Assembly: GCA_965248575.1 (NCBI GenBank)
Contig: CBDFJQ010000002.1
Span: 1,792,001-1,856,000, forward strand
Direction of reading: 5' to 3'
Length of the DNA stretch: 64,000 nucleotides
Source: Planctomycetota bacterium
Lineage (GTDB): Bacteria > Planctomycetota > B15-G4
The notes beneath the pieces are model-generated. The model had not been told where the DNA came from. It was given only the letters and a program-made list of their open reading frames with translations, and searched no databases. Below, one piece after another: positions 31,544 to 40,732 of the stretch. Each line of letters starts with the position of its first letter. Within the stretch, counting starts at the first letter, position 1. The translations under genes were made by a program, and so were the position numbers.

Positions 31544-34500
31544 TCAGTAGTCCATGCGCACGCGAACGTAGTCCACCTGCGGCCGGAAGCTGCTGACACC
31601 AAACGGGAAGCCCGTCGGGTCCGCGGAGAGGTCGAAGTGCACCCGGAAGCGCACCAGTTCGTGACCATCCAATTCGGTGAGGTCCGCGAGCCAGGGCGTC
31701 AGCGTGCCCGGGTCCGGCACATGGGACCCCGCGCGCACCGGGTGCGCCGCTTGGAACTCGAGCAGGACGAACGCGTTGTCCGTGACCACGTCCTTGATCA
31801 GCACGCCCACGTCCGGAGCGTCGACTTTCACGTCATTGAAGGGAGGCTCGCCGGGCAGCCCGCTGCCGTTCAAGCCCGGCTCTGCAAAACCCGCGTCCTT
31901 CACATAGTGTGCCGAGACTCCAGCGGTCGGCACCGGAGCCCCCACCTGCACGTGGCCCAGCTTGTCCGGGGGAGGCGGAGCGAAGGATGCGTTGTGGGTG
32001 CCATGCACCGTCCGGAAGAAGGGCGGCAGACGACCCATGGCATCGCGCGCCCGCACGGCCACCCCGTTGAAGTTCAACCACTTGGACACACCCAGGCTGG
32101 AGCTGCCCAGGACGAGCGGAGACTTGCTGGGGTGCACCAACGGGAGCCGGCTGAGGGTCTCCACCGGGTCTACGATGAGCGCCCCTGTGTCTTCGTCCAT
32201 GATCATCTTGGGGGTCCCGTCCGGCACCTTGAGATGCACGGAGTAGGGGATCGCCTCGCCTGCGTAGGCGGTGCCTGGATACCCCGGGAAGTCCGGGTCC
32301 GAGCTCGGGTTGTTGATCTCCTTGAAGTTGGTCGGATTCCAACCGTTGTAGGTCTTCATCACGAGTTCAGGCTCGGGTTCCTGAACAACAGGCACCCCAC
32401 CGGACATGGGGCCCGCGACCATCAAGGTGTCGGACCACAGCTGGCCCGAGCCGGCTGGGAACTCGTGAAGCAAGCCGTTCAGTCCCACCACGCCGTCCGT
32501 GCTGGGGATCACCGGCGGGTACGCACCATTCAAGACGAAGAACCGGTCCCGCGGGGTCATGGGCCCCTGCGGGTCAAAGTGCCGGTAGTGCAGCATGTCG
32601 ATGTACCGGTAGTCCTCCTGCAGGATCACCGTCGGCGCACCAAACTCAGGATGATCAGATTGCTTCGACTTGGCATCCCCTGACCACAGCCCTTGCTTGA
32701 TGATGGCCTTCTGCCGGGCGAAGAGAAACGCGCCCTCTTCGATGTGAGGTAGCCCCGAAGCATCGCCGGAGTTGACTTGGATCAGGCCGAAGCCCCCCAG
32801 CCCGCCGTCGCCGCGGTTGTGGTCATGGAAGAAGGCGACGAATTGGGTCGCTTGCGCCGCCAAGGTGCGCGCGTCGCGTCCAAAGCCACCCGAGACATCC
32901 AGCGACGCACCCTGCAACGGGCCCGTTGGCGAATTCACCGCATCGATGAAGCCCGCCGAGATGTGGTCCGCGTCCGCTTCGATGCGCACCTGGCCCGCGG
33001 CCTGGACGATGATGGCGCCGCCACTGCCGCCTCCGCCCCCTCCGGTCCAGTTGCTGTTCTGGATCATCTCACCCCCGCCGCCGTGACCACCGCTGGCATC
33101 GACGTGTCCCGTGCGGCTGATGAGGATGTCACCGAAGCTGCGCAGCAGCACGGAGCCACCTCCGCCGCCGCCACCGCCGCCACGAGAGTCATACACACTC
33201 GGCGCCACGAACAGCGACCCCACCTGAAGCTTCGGGAAGTAGGGCGGAGCTGGGGGCGAGGGCAGGGGATTGCCCAGCACGTTGTTGCCCCAGATGCTGT
33301 GGCGCATGCTGTCGATGCGGGAGCCACCGCCTCCTCCGCCCTGGCCGCCGATCAGGACGCCCAGCTCGCCGCCCGGGCCGAAGAAGTCGTTGTCGGGGTC
33401 TCCGTCCTTGAACACGGCGTCACCCGGCACGGCCCCGGGCTGGATCACGTCGGGGTCACTGAGTGTTCCCAACATGTGCACGCACTGCGTGTGCTGTGCA
33501 CCGATCACCCCGGCCGCGACGGCCTCATCGTTGCCATAGAGCGCATCGTTGCGCTTGTCGTCCAGGGGACACTTGTCGAAGGGGAACCACGTGCTGTTGG
33601 ACTGAACGACGTACGGCCCACCGGAGCTGTGCGCCCGCCACCCCAGTTGGTAGAAGGAGCCCCCACCTCCGCCGCCGGGACGGTGGTGCTCCGTGCTGTC
33701 ACCATTGGTCAACTTGGGCAAACCGTTGACCGCGGCGTTGTAGCCCAGGGTGGACAATCCCCCGCGCCCCCCCACAGGTTCGAAGGTCACGGCACCCGAG
33801 GACTTCACCACCGGTGCAAGGCCATGGTCTCCCGTTTCCGGCGTGACGTAGTGCGCCAAGGTGCCGGGCCCCGACGGATCGAAGAGCGCTGGATGGGAAT
33901 CGCCCCCGCGCCCAGCTCCCGGGCCACCGGGCCCGCCTGCGATGGGCACGATGCCTGAGTCGAAAGCGCTGTCGCTGAAACCACTGGTCCCTGCTGCATC
34001 GATGAGACCGTGTAGCTCCAACGTCCGCGTCGCCGTGATCATGAGCGGCCGACTCCCGCGCGCCACGATGCGAACGCCTTCGGGGATGATCACGTCGCGG
34101 AACACGAAGTTTCCGCCCGCGATCGCGGTGGGCGTCGTAATCCCGGAGGTCGAGCCGTCTGCCAAGGGGAAGAGCTGGAAGTCGGTGTCGAGGAACACCA
34201 GGTGGTAGTTGGCTTTGCCGTTGTCGAGGTCGGGTTCGCCTTTGGAGCCGGAACTCCGGATGTACGAAAGGTTGGGCAAGTACTCGGGTTCGGCCAGGGG
34301 CAAGAAGTCGCCAAGCGGCATGGCGTCCGGAACGCCGACGGATGCCCGCAGGCCACCACTCTTTCCATTCCCTGATGCCAGGCTCACGGCCCATTCAGCG
34401 GGCGGGGCCAAACCAGTTGGCGAAGTGTCCTCGAAGTCGTCGTCGTCAAACTGTTCGAGGAAGACGTCGTCGATGGAAGCGTTCGGGCCCGCGAGCGCGT

Positions 34501-36520
34501 CGGCAGTGCGAATGCTCAACAGCTCGAGGCTGCCCCAGGCGTCCGCCAGTCCTTCGGGATCACTGTTGTAGGTGTTGACGCCGCCGAGGGATGTCAGCTG
34601 CACCCGCTGCATCACCCGCAGCTCGCGCCCTGGCGGCAGGACACCGCGCGGGCTCAAGCGCACGTCCGCTTGACCGCCTGAATTCGTGTCGAGACTCACA
34701 GCCAGATCGAGCTCCAGCCTGCCTACGGCCAAGGCCCGCGCGGGGCTCTCGCCATCGGGAAGCGTGCCGAGCGGATGTCCGAAAGCCGCGACGCCGGAAA
34801 CGGCCGTGCCCAGGTATCCCGAGAGCGGGTCGTAGCGATCGATGCGATCCAACGCACGATCCAAGGCAAGCAACTCCCGCTCGGAGCGGAAGACGACATC
34901 CACCACGCCGTCGCCGAGCGTCAACACGAGCTTGGCGGGGTCGCCGGAGTATGTGCCTGCCGAACCGTCAGCGAGGTGCAGCGGCTCCAGGAGGACGAGG
35001 TTCGGAGCTGCAGCCCCGCCCACCCGGGCCAAGGCGAACAGCTGCCCGGAGGGGGCTTGCGCAAGGTCCAAGACCTCCAAGCTTGGGTCGAAGACCTCGC
35101 TGCGGAACCCGTTCGTGCCATCGCCCACCGTGAGCGACAGGAGGCTCGGGGCTGCGGGCGAGATGCCGCCATGCGCCGCCCGCTGACGCACCACCGTGGG
35201 CAGCAGCTCGTACACACGGCGAGTTCCCCGGTCGAAGACCAGGAGGCGCCCGTCCAGCAAGCTGACCAGGCCGGTGAGATCCGACAGACCCGTATCCAAG
35301 ACGCCACCACCGCCTTCGGCCATGGCGGCGTAGGACGGATCGCCCAGCACATGGTCGACGACGGTCAGGAGGTCGCTGCCCCCGGCCACGGGTAGCACAC
35401 CGAACACGAGGTCCGGCTCAAGGGCCACGGCCAGGGTCGACGGCACCACACCCAGGTCCAGCTCGGGCAGCGGCAGGGCGCCCGAGCCATCGCCGTGGAG
35501 GAAGACATCCCCACCATCGATCTCGGGTGCGACACCATCCGTGACACCGGAGATCGCCGGGAAGGCTGCATGCACCCCAAAGGTGTTCACGGGGACCTCA
35601 TGAGCCACCAGCAGCTCGGTGCCCTGGGTGGTCAGGAAGAAGTTCGCTTCGACCAGTCCATCGCCGTCGAGATCCTTGCCCAGCAGATTCTCGGACGTCG
35701 GCAGGAGCTCATGGTCATAACTGAGCACGACTTCCCGGGGTCCACTTGGAAACAGTGCTTGCCCGGTGAGCAGGCTCACCGTCCCGAAGCTGGAGGGAGA
35801 GAAACCCACGAACCCATCGGCGGGCGCGGAGGAGACGAGGCTGGGCGCCAGTTCGTCCCCCGCCTTGGGGTAGTAGAGTTCGGTGTTGCTGGTGGTGCCG
35901 AAACTCACCTCGCCACCCGGCCCCTGCAGATTCGTGATCTTGTTGCCGCTGGCTGTCACGCGAGCGGTGTACAGCGAGTTGGGCAGGAGGCCGGGCTGCG
36001 CATCGGCCGGTGCGGAGACCGTGGCCTGCAGCGGAGCCGTGGGCACCGACGGACGGAACTCCACGGTGTTCCCCTGCTTCAGGTAGCTGCCCTTGGCCAG
36101 GATGATCAGCGGCAAGGGCGGTGCCTGCGCCGCGGGGCTGACGGTCTGCGGCGTCGTGAAGACGGGCAAGGTGTTGCTGTTGAAAGGACCGTCGGGCTCC
36201 CCGTCGAAGCGGAAGACGATGAGCTGGTTCAGCGGCGCACCGAGGGTGGCCGGTTGGGCATTCAGATCCTCGACGGGTGGTTGCGTTCCCAACACGCCGA
36301 AGATGTCCTGGAAGGCGATGTCCACGAGCGAGATCGACGCGCCCGCACCCGTCTTGGGACCGGGGCCGCCACCACCACCGCCGCCGCCGCCACCGCCGCA
36401 GCTCACCGCAAGCGGGAGCAGCAACAAGGCCACCCCGACGAACCAACAGGCACGGCGGCCCGTGCTCACGACACTCGGCTCGCCAGCCTGGACCTGCAGG
36501 GGGCCATTCGGTCTGGACAT
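31544..36520 (-). CDS. Giant (~1650 aa) Gly-rich surface lipoprotein; start uncertain (ATG 36520 or GTG 36469)
   Basis: Hydrophobic stretch plus lipobox AVSC followed by poly-Gly; Ig-like beta segments; many GGxGGGG blocks; long ORF with coding-like codon pattern. Confidence 0.8.
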   Translation of the reverse strand: MSRPNGPLQVQAGEPSVVSTGRRACWFVGVALLLLPLAVSCGGGGGGGGGGGPGPKTGAGASISLVDIAFQDIFGVLGTQPPVEDLNAQPATLGAPLNQLIVFRFDGEPDGPFNSNTLPVFTTPQTVSPAAQAPPLPLIILAKGSYLKQGNTVEFRPSVPTAPLQATVSAPADAQPGLLPNSLYTARVTASGNKITNLQGPGGEVSFGTTSNTELYYPKAGDELAPSLVSSAPADGFVGFSPSSFGTVSLLTGQALFPSGPREVVLSYDHELLPTSENLLGKDLDGDGLVEANFFLTTQGTELLVAHEVPVNTFGVHAAFPAISGVTDGVAPEIDGGDVFLHGDGSGALPLPELDLGVVPSTLAVALEPDLVFGVLPVAGGSDLLTVVDHVLGDPSYAAMAEGGGGVLDTGLSDLTGLVSLLDGRLLVFDRGTRRVYELLPTVVRQRAAHGGISPAAPSLLSLTVGDGTNGFRSEVFDPSLEVLDLAQAPSGQLFALARVGGAAAPNLVLLEPLHLADGSAGTYSGDPAKLVLTLGDGVVDVVFRSERELLALDRALDRIDRYDPLSGYLGTAVSGVAAFGHPLGTLPDGESPARALAVGRLELDLAVSLDTNSGGQADVRLSPRGVLPPGRELRVMQRVQLTSLGGVNTYNSDPEGLADAWGSLELLSIRTADALAGPNASIDDVFLEQFDDDDFEDTSPTGLAPPAEWAVSLASGNGKSGGLRASVGVPDAMPLGDFLPLAEPEYLPNLSYIRSSGSKGEPDLDNGKANYHLVFLDTDFQLFPLADGSTSGITTPTAIAGGNFVFRDVIIPEGVRIVARGSRPLMITATRTLELHGLIDAAGTSGFSDSAFDSGIVPIAGGPGGPGAGRGGDSHPALFDPSGPGTLAHYVTPETGDHGLAPVVKSSGAVTFEPVGGRGGLSTLGYNAAVNGLPKLTNGDSTEHHRPGGGGGGSFYQLGWRAHSSGGPYVVQSNSTWFPFDKCPLDDKRNDALYGNDEAVAAGVIGAQHTQCVHMLGTLSDPDVIQPGAVPGDAVFKDGDPDNDFFGPGGELGVLIGGQGGGGGGSRIDSMRHSIWGNNVLGNPLPSPPAPPYFPKLQVGSLFVAPSVYDSRGGGGGGGGGSVLLRSFGDILISRTGHVDASGGHGGGGEMIQNSNWTGGGGGGSGGAIIVQAAGQVRIEADADHISAGFIDAVNSPTGPLQGASLDVSGGFGRDARTLAAQATQFVAFFHDHNRGDGGLGGFGLIQVNSGDASGLPHIEEGAFLFARQKAIIKQGLWSGDAKSKQSDHPEFGAPTVILQEDYRYIDMLHYRHFDPQGPMTPRDRFFVLNGAYPPVIPSTDGVVGLNGLLHEFPAGSGQLWSDTLMVAGPMSGGVPVVQEPEPELVMKTYNGWNPTNFKEINNPSSDPDFPGYPGTAYAGEAIPYSVHLKVPDGTPKMIMDEDTGALIVDPVETLSRLPLVHPSKSPLVLGSSSLGVSKWLNFNGVAVRARDAMGRLPPFFRTVHGTHNASFAPPPPDKLGHVQVGAPVPTAGVSAHYVKDAGFAEPGLNGSGLPGEPPFNDVKVDAPDVGVLIKDVVTDNAFVLLEFQAAHPVRAGSHVPDPGTLTPWLADLTELDGHELVRFRVHFDLSADPTGFPFGVSSFRPQVDYVRVRMDY

Positions 36521-36734
36521 TCCGACTCTCGGGGTTCGCAGCACATCACATCCGGGGGATCCGACGAGCCCACCCGCGGCTTCCTTTCGGAATCTCCGGG
36601 TGCTCTGGTCTGGAACCTGAATCAGGTGGGGCTGTGGGGGCTTCGGGGCTCTCGACAGCAGTCCTGGACAGCTTTCCTTCGGGGGCTTCAGTCTAGCGCA
36701 CCCATGACGTCGCCGAGACCTACAGCCTGACGAT

Positions 36735-39017
36735 TCAGCCCGGCTCGGGGGCCGGATTCGCAGGACCAGTGCCGGGCGCTGCAGCGTCCCCGTCCGACGC
36801 ACGCTCCCTGGCCGCCTCCAGGGCGTCCTGGGCCTCTTTCGCCCGTTCCAGGAACTGCTCGGTATGAGCCGGGTCGACGGTCTTGCAGGCCTCTGCAGCC
36901 GCCTGCGAGATGGCCCGATAGGCCGGATCCCCTGTGCGATCCGCGAATTCAGCCGCGAGCAGAACGAGGCGCAGCAAATGGCGCATGACGAGCCCCTCGT
37001 TCTTGGAGAGGTCGCGCGAGGCCACGAAGCGGGCAAAGTCGCCCCCGCCCTCGTTGATTCCGCCAGCCACCCACTTCGTCTGGACCCGCATTTCCTCGGG
37101 GTAGGGCAGCTCTGCCTCGAAGGCGATCTTCAGCATCTCGACGAATGTCGGGGGCTTCTCCTCCTCTTCCTCCCAAGGCGAACGATCTCGCGGATCCGGC
37201 TCGGGCTCAGCCGCGTCAGCGCTCGGTTCCTTCCGGGCCACCACGACACCCATGGCCACCATGAGCGGCGCCAAGACCTCCTGCTCCAGCGGTCCGGTTT
37301 CCATGTCCACGGGCGTTTCCGCCCGCTTGGCAATTCGCCAAGGCAGCTCGAGCAGGCCTTCCAAGGCCAGGAGCTTCTCCGCGTCACTGGCGACGGCGAG
37401 TTGCTTGGCCAGCCAGGCGCCGAAGAGCGGGTCGACGCTGCGGAAACTGAGCAGGTCCTCGATGGACGGGTCCACCAACACGCGGTCTTCGCCTTCCTGC
37501 TCAGAACGCTTCAGGTATCCGAAGATGGCGAGGTTGTCGACCATGGCATCCAGTTGCTTCTCGAAGAACACCAACTTCTCAGCGCTGTTGAAGCGCTTCG
37601 CCAAGAACGTCCGTACCTTCGAGAGGTCGCCGCTGCGCGTCAGCAGGTGGACCAGGAACCGATAGGGAATCATGGAACTGCTGCGCAAGTTCGCAGGCAA
37701 GGCCGCCACCAATTTGTCGAACTGGCCTTCTGTCCAATACTGCTCGGTCTTCCTACGTGAAGGACGCTTGCGCTCCAAGGCCTTGCGCGCGCGCAGCATG
37801 GTCGGGTCCTTGGCCGTGGCCGGGATCTGCTCGTACTTCTCTTTCCAGCGCAGGATCTTGACGTCATCCTCGTGAGCGATGGCGTACACGAAGCCCCGGT
37901 CATCGAACTGCGGGCGCCCCGCCCGACCGAACATCTGGTGGGCACCGGAGGCCGGCAGCACGCGTTTCTCGCGCGGCTTCCCCTTCAGCAGGCTCTTCAG
38001 CACCACGGAGCGCGCGGGCAGGTTCACACCAGCAGCGAGGGTCTCCGTGCAGACCACCAAGGGGATCAAGCGCTCCGTGAACAAGCGCTCCACGAGGTCC
38101 TTGTAGCGCGGCAACAGGCCGGCGTGGTGCACGCCTACACCCCGGATCAGCATCATGCGCAGCTTGGCGGAGATGCCCTTCTTCATGTCCTCGCCCCGCT
38201 CGGCGATCACCTCTTCGATGCGCGCACGGGTCTCCTTGCTGATGAGCGGCAAGCCCTTGAGGCGCTCCGCCATCTCCCAACATTCGTCGCGCGAGAAACA
38301 GAACACGAGCGCCGGCACCCGGGCGTCGTCCCCTGTCCCCGCTGCCATCTCCACCAACTGCTCGGTGAGCAGCTTGTCTTCTACCCACTCGTACTCGAGC
38401 GGCACCTTGCGGTCCTGCGTCTGGACGTAGGTCAGCGTGCGGCCGTGCTTCTCCCGCAACCAGATCACGAAGTCCACGGCATTGCCGACCGTGGCCGAGA
38501 GCAGCAGCAAGCGCACGTGCTCCGGCAGCAGCACCAGGGAGAGTTCCCAGACGACACCCCGCTCCCGGTCGTTGAAGTAGTGGAACTCGTCCATCACCAC
38601 GGCCGACACATCGTCGAAGCACTCGTCCTCGGACAGCAGGTGGTTGAGCAGGATCTCGGCCACCACCACCTTGATCGGCGCCTCGGGGTTCACCTTGCGG
38701 TTGCCCGTGAGCAGGCCGATGGATTCCCGGGGGTAGCCCCAGGCCTCTGCCCGGTCCTGGAGCTCGGTCAGCTTCTGGTCCGTGAGGGCGATGAGCGGCG
38801 TGGTGTAGTACATCCGCGTACCGGTCTGGAGCGCCTCGAAGACCGCCGTTTCCGCGATCAGGGTCTTGCCCGTGCCGGTGGGCGCGGTGATCAGCATGCC
38901 CCCGGTGCACTCGTACCAGGCGAGCACCGCCTCTTCCTGGAAGGGATAGAGGTCAAAGGGCACGGCGTCGATGAACGCCTCACAGATCGCATCGCGGTCA
39001 GGGGCGTTGTCGGTCAT
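36735..39017 (-). CDS. Ski2/HelY-like DExH-box helicase (SF2)
   Basis: YPFQ, APTGTGKT, TPLIAL, MDEFH, LSAT, HHAGLL, TETLAAGVNLPAR, QMFGRAGR. Confidence 0.92.
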   Translation of the reverse strand: MTDNAPDRDAICEAFIDAVPFDLYPFQEEAVLAWYECTGGMLITAPTGTGKTLIAETAVFEALQTGTRMYYTTPLIALTDQKLTELQDRAEAWGYPRESIGLLTGNRKVNPEAPIKVVVAEILLNHLLSEDECFDDVSAVVMDEFHYFNDRERGVVWELSLVLLPEHVRLLLLSATVGNAVDFVIWLREKHGRTLTYVQTQDRKVPLEYEWVEDKLLTEQLVEMAAGTGDDARVPALVFCFSRDECWEMAERLKGLPLISKETRARIEEVIAERGEDMKKGISAKLRMMLIRGVGVHHAGLLPRYKDLVERLFTERLIPLVVCTETLAAGVNLPARSVVLKSLLKGKPREKRVLPASGAHQMFGRAGRPQFDDRGFVYAIAHEDDVKILRWKEKYEQIPATAKDPTMLRARKALERKRPSRRKTEQYWTEGQFDKLVAALPANLRSSSMIPYRFLVHLLTRSGDLSKVRTFLAKRFNSAEKLVFFEKQLDAMVDNLAIFGYLKRSEQEGEDRVLVDPSIEDLLSFRSVDPLFGAWLAKQLAVASDAEKLLALEGLLELPWRIAKRAETPVDMETGPLEQEVLAPLMVAMGVVVARKEPSADAAEPEPDPRDRSPWEEEEEKPPTFVEMLKIAFEAELPYPEEMRVQTKWVAGGINEGGGDFARFVASRDLSKNEGLVMRHLLRLVLLAAEFADRTGDPAYRAISQAAAEACKTVDPAHTEQFLERAKEAQDALEAARERASDGDAAAPGTGPANPAPEPG

Positions 39018-39079
39018 GGGCGAAGGGTAGCAGGCCACCCTGCCCGTCGTCCCCCCGCGTTGCTACGATCCTCGACCCC

Positions 39080-39814
39080 ATGCCCAACGCCCTGCGTATC
39101 GCCATGTGGTCGGGACCTCGCAACGTCTCCACCGCGCTGTTGCGCTCCTTCGGGAGCCGTGCGGACACCGTCGTGTGCGACGAACCGTTCTACGCCCATT
39201 GGCTGCGGGAGACGGGCACCCCTCACCCGGGCTCCGAGCAGATTCAGCGTGTCCACGAAACAGACTGGCAGCGCGTCTCGAAACAGCTCACTGCGCGCCT
39301 CCCTGCAGGCAAATCGGTCTTCTACCAGAAACACATGGCGCACCACCTGCTGCCCGAGCGAGAGCGCAGTTGGATGGCGGGCATGAACCACGCGTTCCTG
39401 ATCCGGGAACCCCGCGCGATGCTCGCGTCGCTGTGCGAAGTCGTTCCCCAGCCGAGCCTGCTGGACACAGGGCTGCCGCAGCAGGTCCAGCTCTTCGAGC
39501 AGCTCTTGGCCCAAGGCGCCACGCCGCCGGTCATCGACAGCGCGGATCTCCTGCGCCAACCGGGCCCCATGCTGCGTGCGCTGTGCGAACGGCTGAACCT
39601 GAGCTACGACCCGAGCATGCTGACCTGGGAGACTGGCCCCCGGGACACCGACGGCTGCTGGTCCGTGCACTGGTACGCCTCCGTCATGGCGTCCACGGGC
39701 TTCGAGCCGTACAGACCGAGCCGAAAGCCCTTGCCCCGAAGCCTCGCCCCCCTGGCCGACGCCTGCGAGCCTCTCTACCAGAGCTTGTTCAACCATCGCC
39801 TCGTCCCGGAGTAG
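39080..39814 (+). CDS. Sulfotransferase-like P-loop protein (BCAT-associated type)
   Basis: MWSGPRNVSTALLRSF, DEPFYA, YQKHMAHH, FLIREP, W...WY.SV..STGF. Confidence 0.8.
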   Translation: MPNALRIAMWSGPRNVSTALLRSFGSRADTVVCDEPFYAHWLRETGTPHPGSEQIQRVHETDWQRVSKQLTARLPAGKSVFYQKHMAHHLLPERERSWMAGMNHAFLIREPRAMLASLCEVVPQPSLLDTGLPQQVQLFEQLLAQGATPPVIDSADLLRQPGPMLRALCERLNLSYDPSMLTWETGPRDTDGCWSVHWYASVMASTGFEPYRPSRKPLPRSLAPLADACEPLYQSLFNHRLVPE

Positions 39815-39820
39815 GACACC

Positions 39821-40732
39821 ATGTTGCAGACCTTCGACGAGCGGAACCGGCACCTGCTGGTGAACATCAACGGGGTGCTGACCCATCGCGACGAGGCACG
39901 CATCAGCCCCTTCGATTCGTCCGTTCAGGGCGGCGACGCCGTGTGGGAGGGCCTGCGGGTCTATGAAGGGCGCATCTTCAAGCTAGAGCAGCACCTGCAG
40001 AGGTTGCGCCATTCGGCACTCGCCCTGGCCTTCAGCCCCATCCCCTCTCGGGATGCGCTCGTGAAGGAGATCCGTCGCACGCTGGCCGCCAACTCCATGC
40101 GCGATGGCGTCCACATCCGGCTGACGCTCACGCGCGGCGAGAAGATCACGAGCGGCATGGACCCGCGCCTCAACCAGTCCGGGCCGACCCTGATCGTGCT
40201 CGCGGAATACAAGCAACCGGTCTACGACAAGTCGGGGTTGCGCCTCATCACGGCCTCCGTGCGACGACCTGGCCCCGACGTCATGGACCCGAAGATCCAC
40301 CACGCCAACCTGATCCCGTCCATCCTCGCCAAGATCGAGGCCAACACGGCCGGGGCCGACGACGCCATGGTCCTCGACGGCAACGGCTTCGTGGCCGAGA
40401 CGAATGCGACACACCTCTTCCTGGTGACGGACGAGGGCCTGCTCACGAGCCGCACCGTGGCGTGTCCCGAGGGCATCACCAGGGCCACGGTCTTGGAGAT
40501 CTGCGATGACCTGGGGCTGCGTTGCCAGGTGAAGGACATCAGCCAGGCGGAGGTCTACCGTGCGGACGAGGTCTTCTGCACCGGCACCATGGGCGAGCTC
40601 GCGCCCGTCGTCGAAGTGGATGGCCGCCCCATCGGCAACGGCACCCCGGGCCCCATGACGAGCCGCTTGAGTACGGCCTACTCGGAGCGCACCGCCTGCG
40701 AGGGCGACCTGGTGGTGGAAGACGCCCGGTGA
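39821..40732 (+). CDS. Aminotransferase class IV (branched-chain/D-amino acid type)
   Basis: GDAVWEGLR, HLQRL, DPKIHH.NL, E.NAT..F, GITR, ADEVFCTGT. Confidence 0.92.
   Translation: MLQTFDERNRHLLVNINGVLTHRDEARISPFDSSVQGGDAVWEGLRVYEGRIFKLEQHLQRLRHSALALAFSPIPSRDALVKEIRRTLAANSMRDGVHIRLTLTRGEKITSGMDPRLNQSGPTLIVLAEYKQPVYDKSGLRLITASVRRPGPDVMDPKIHHANLIPSILAKIEANTAGADDAMVLDGNGFVAETNATHLFLVTDEGLLTSRTVACPEGITRATVLEICDDLGLRCQVKDISQAEVYRADEVFCTGTMGELAPVVEVDGRPIGNGTPGPMTSRLSTAYSERTACEGDLVVEDAR

Noticed and set aside
36368..36400. CCG/CCA trinucleotide run as a contingency repeat
   Set aside because: Mixed synonymous codons encoding the poly-Gly tether; in-frame and selected at the protein level
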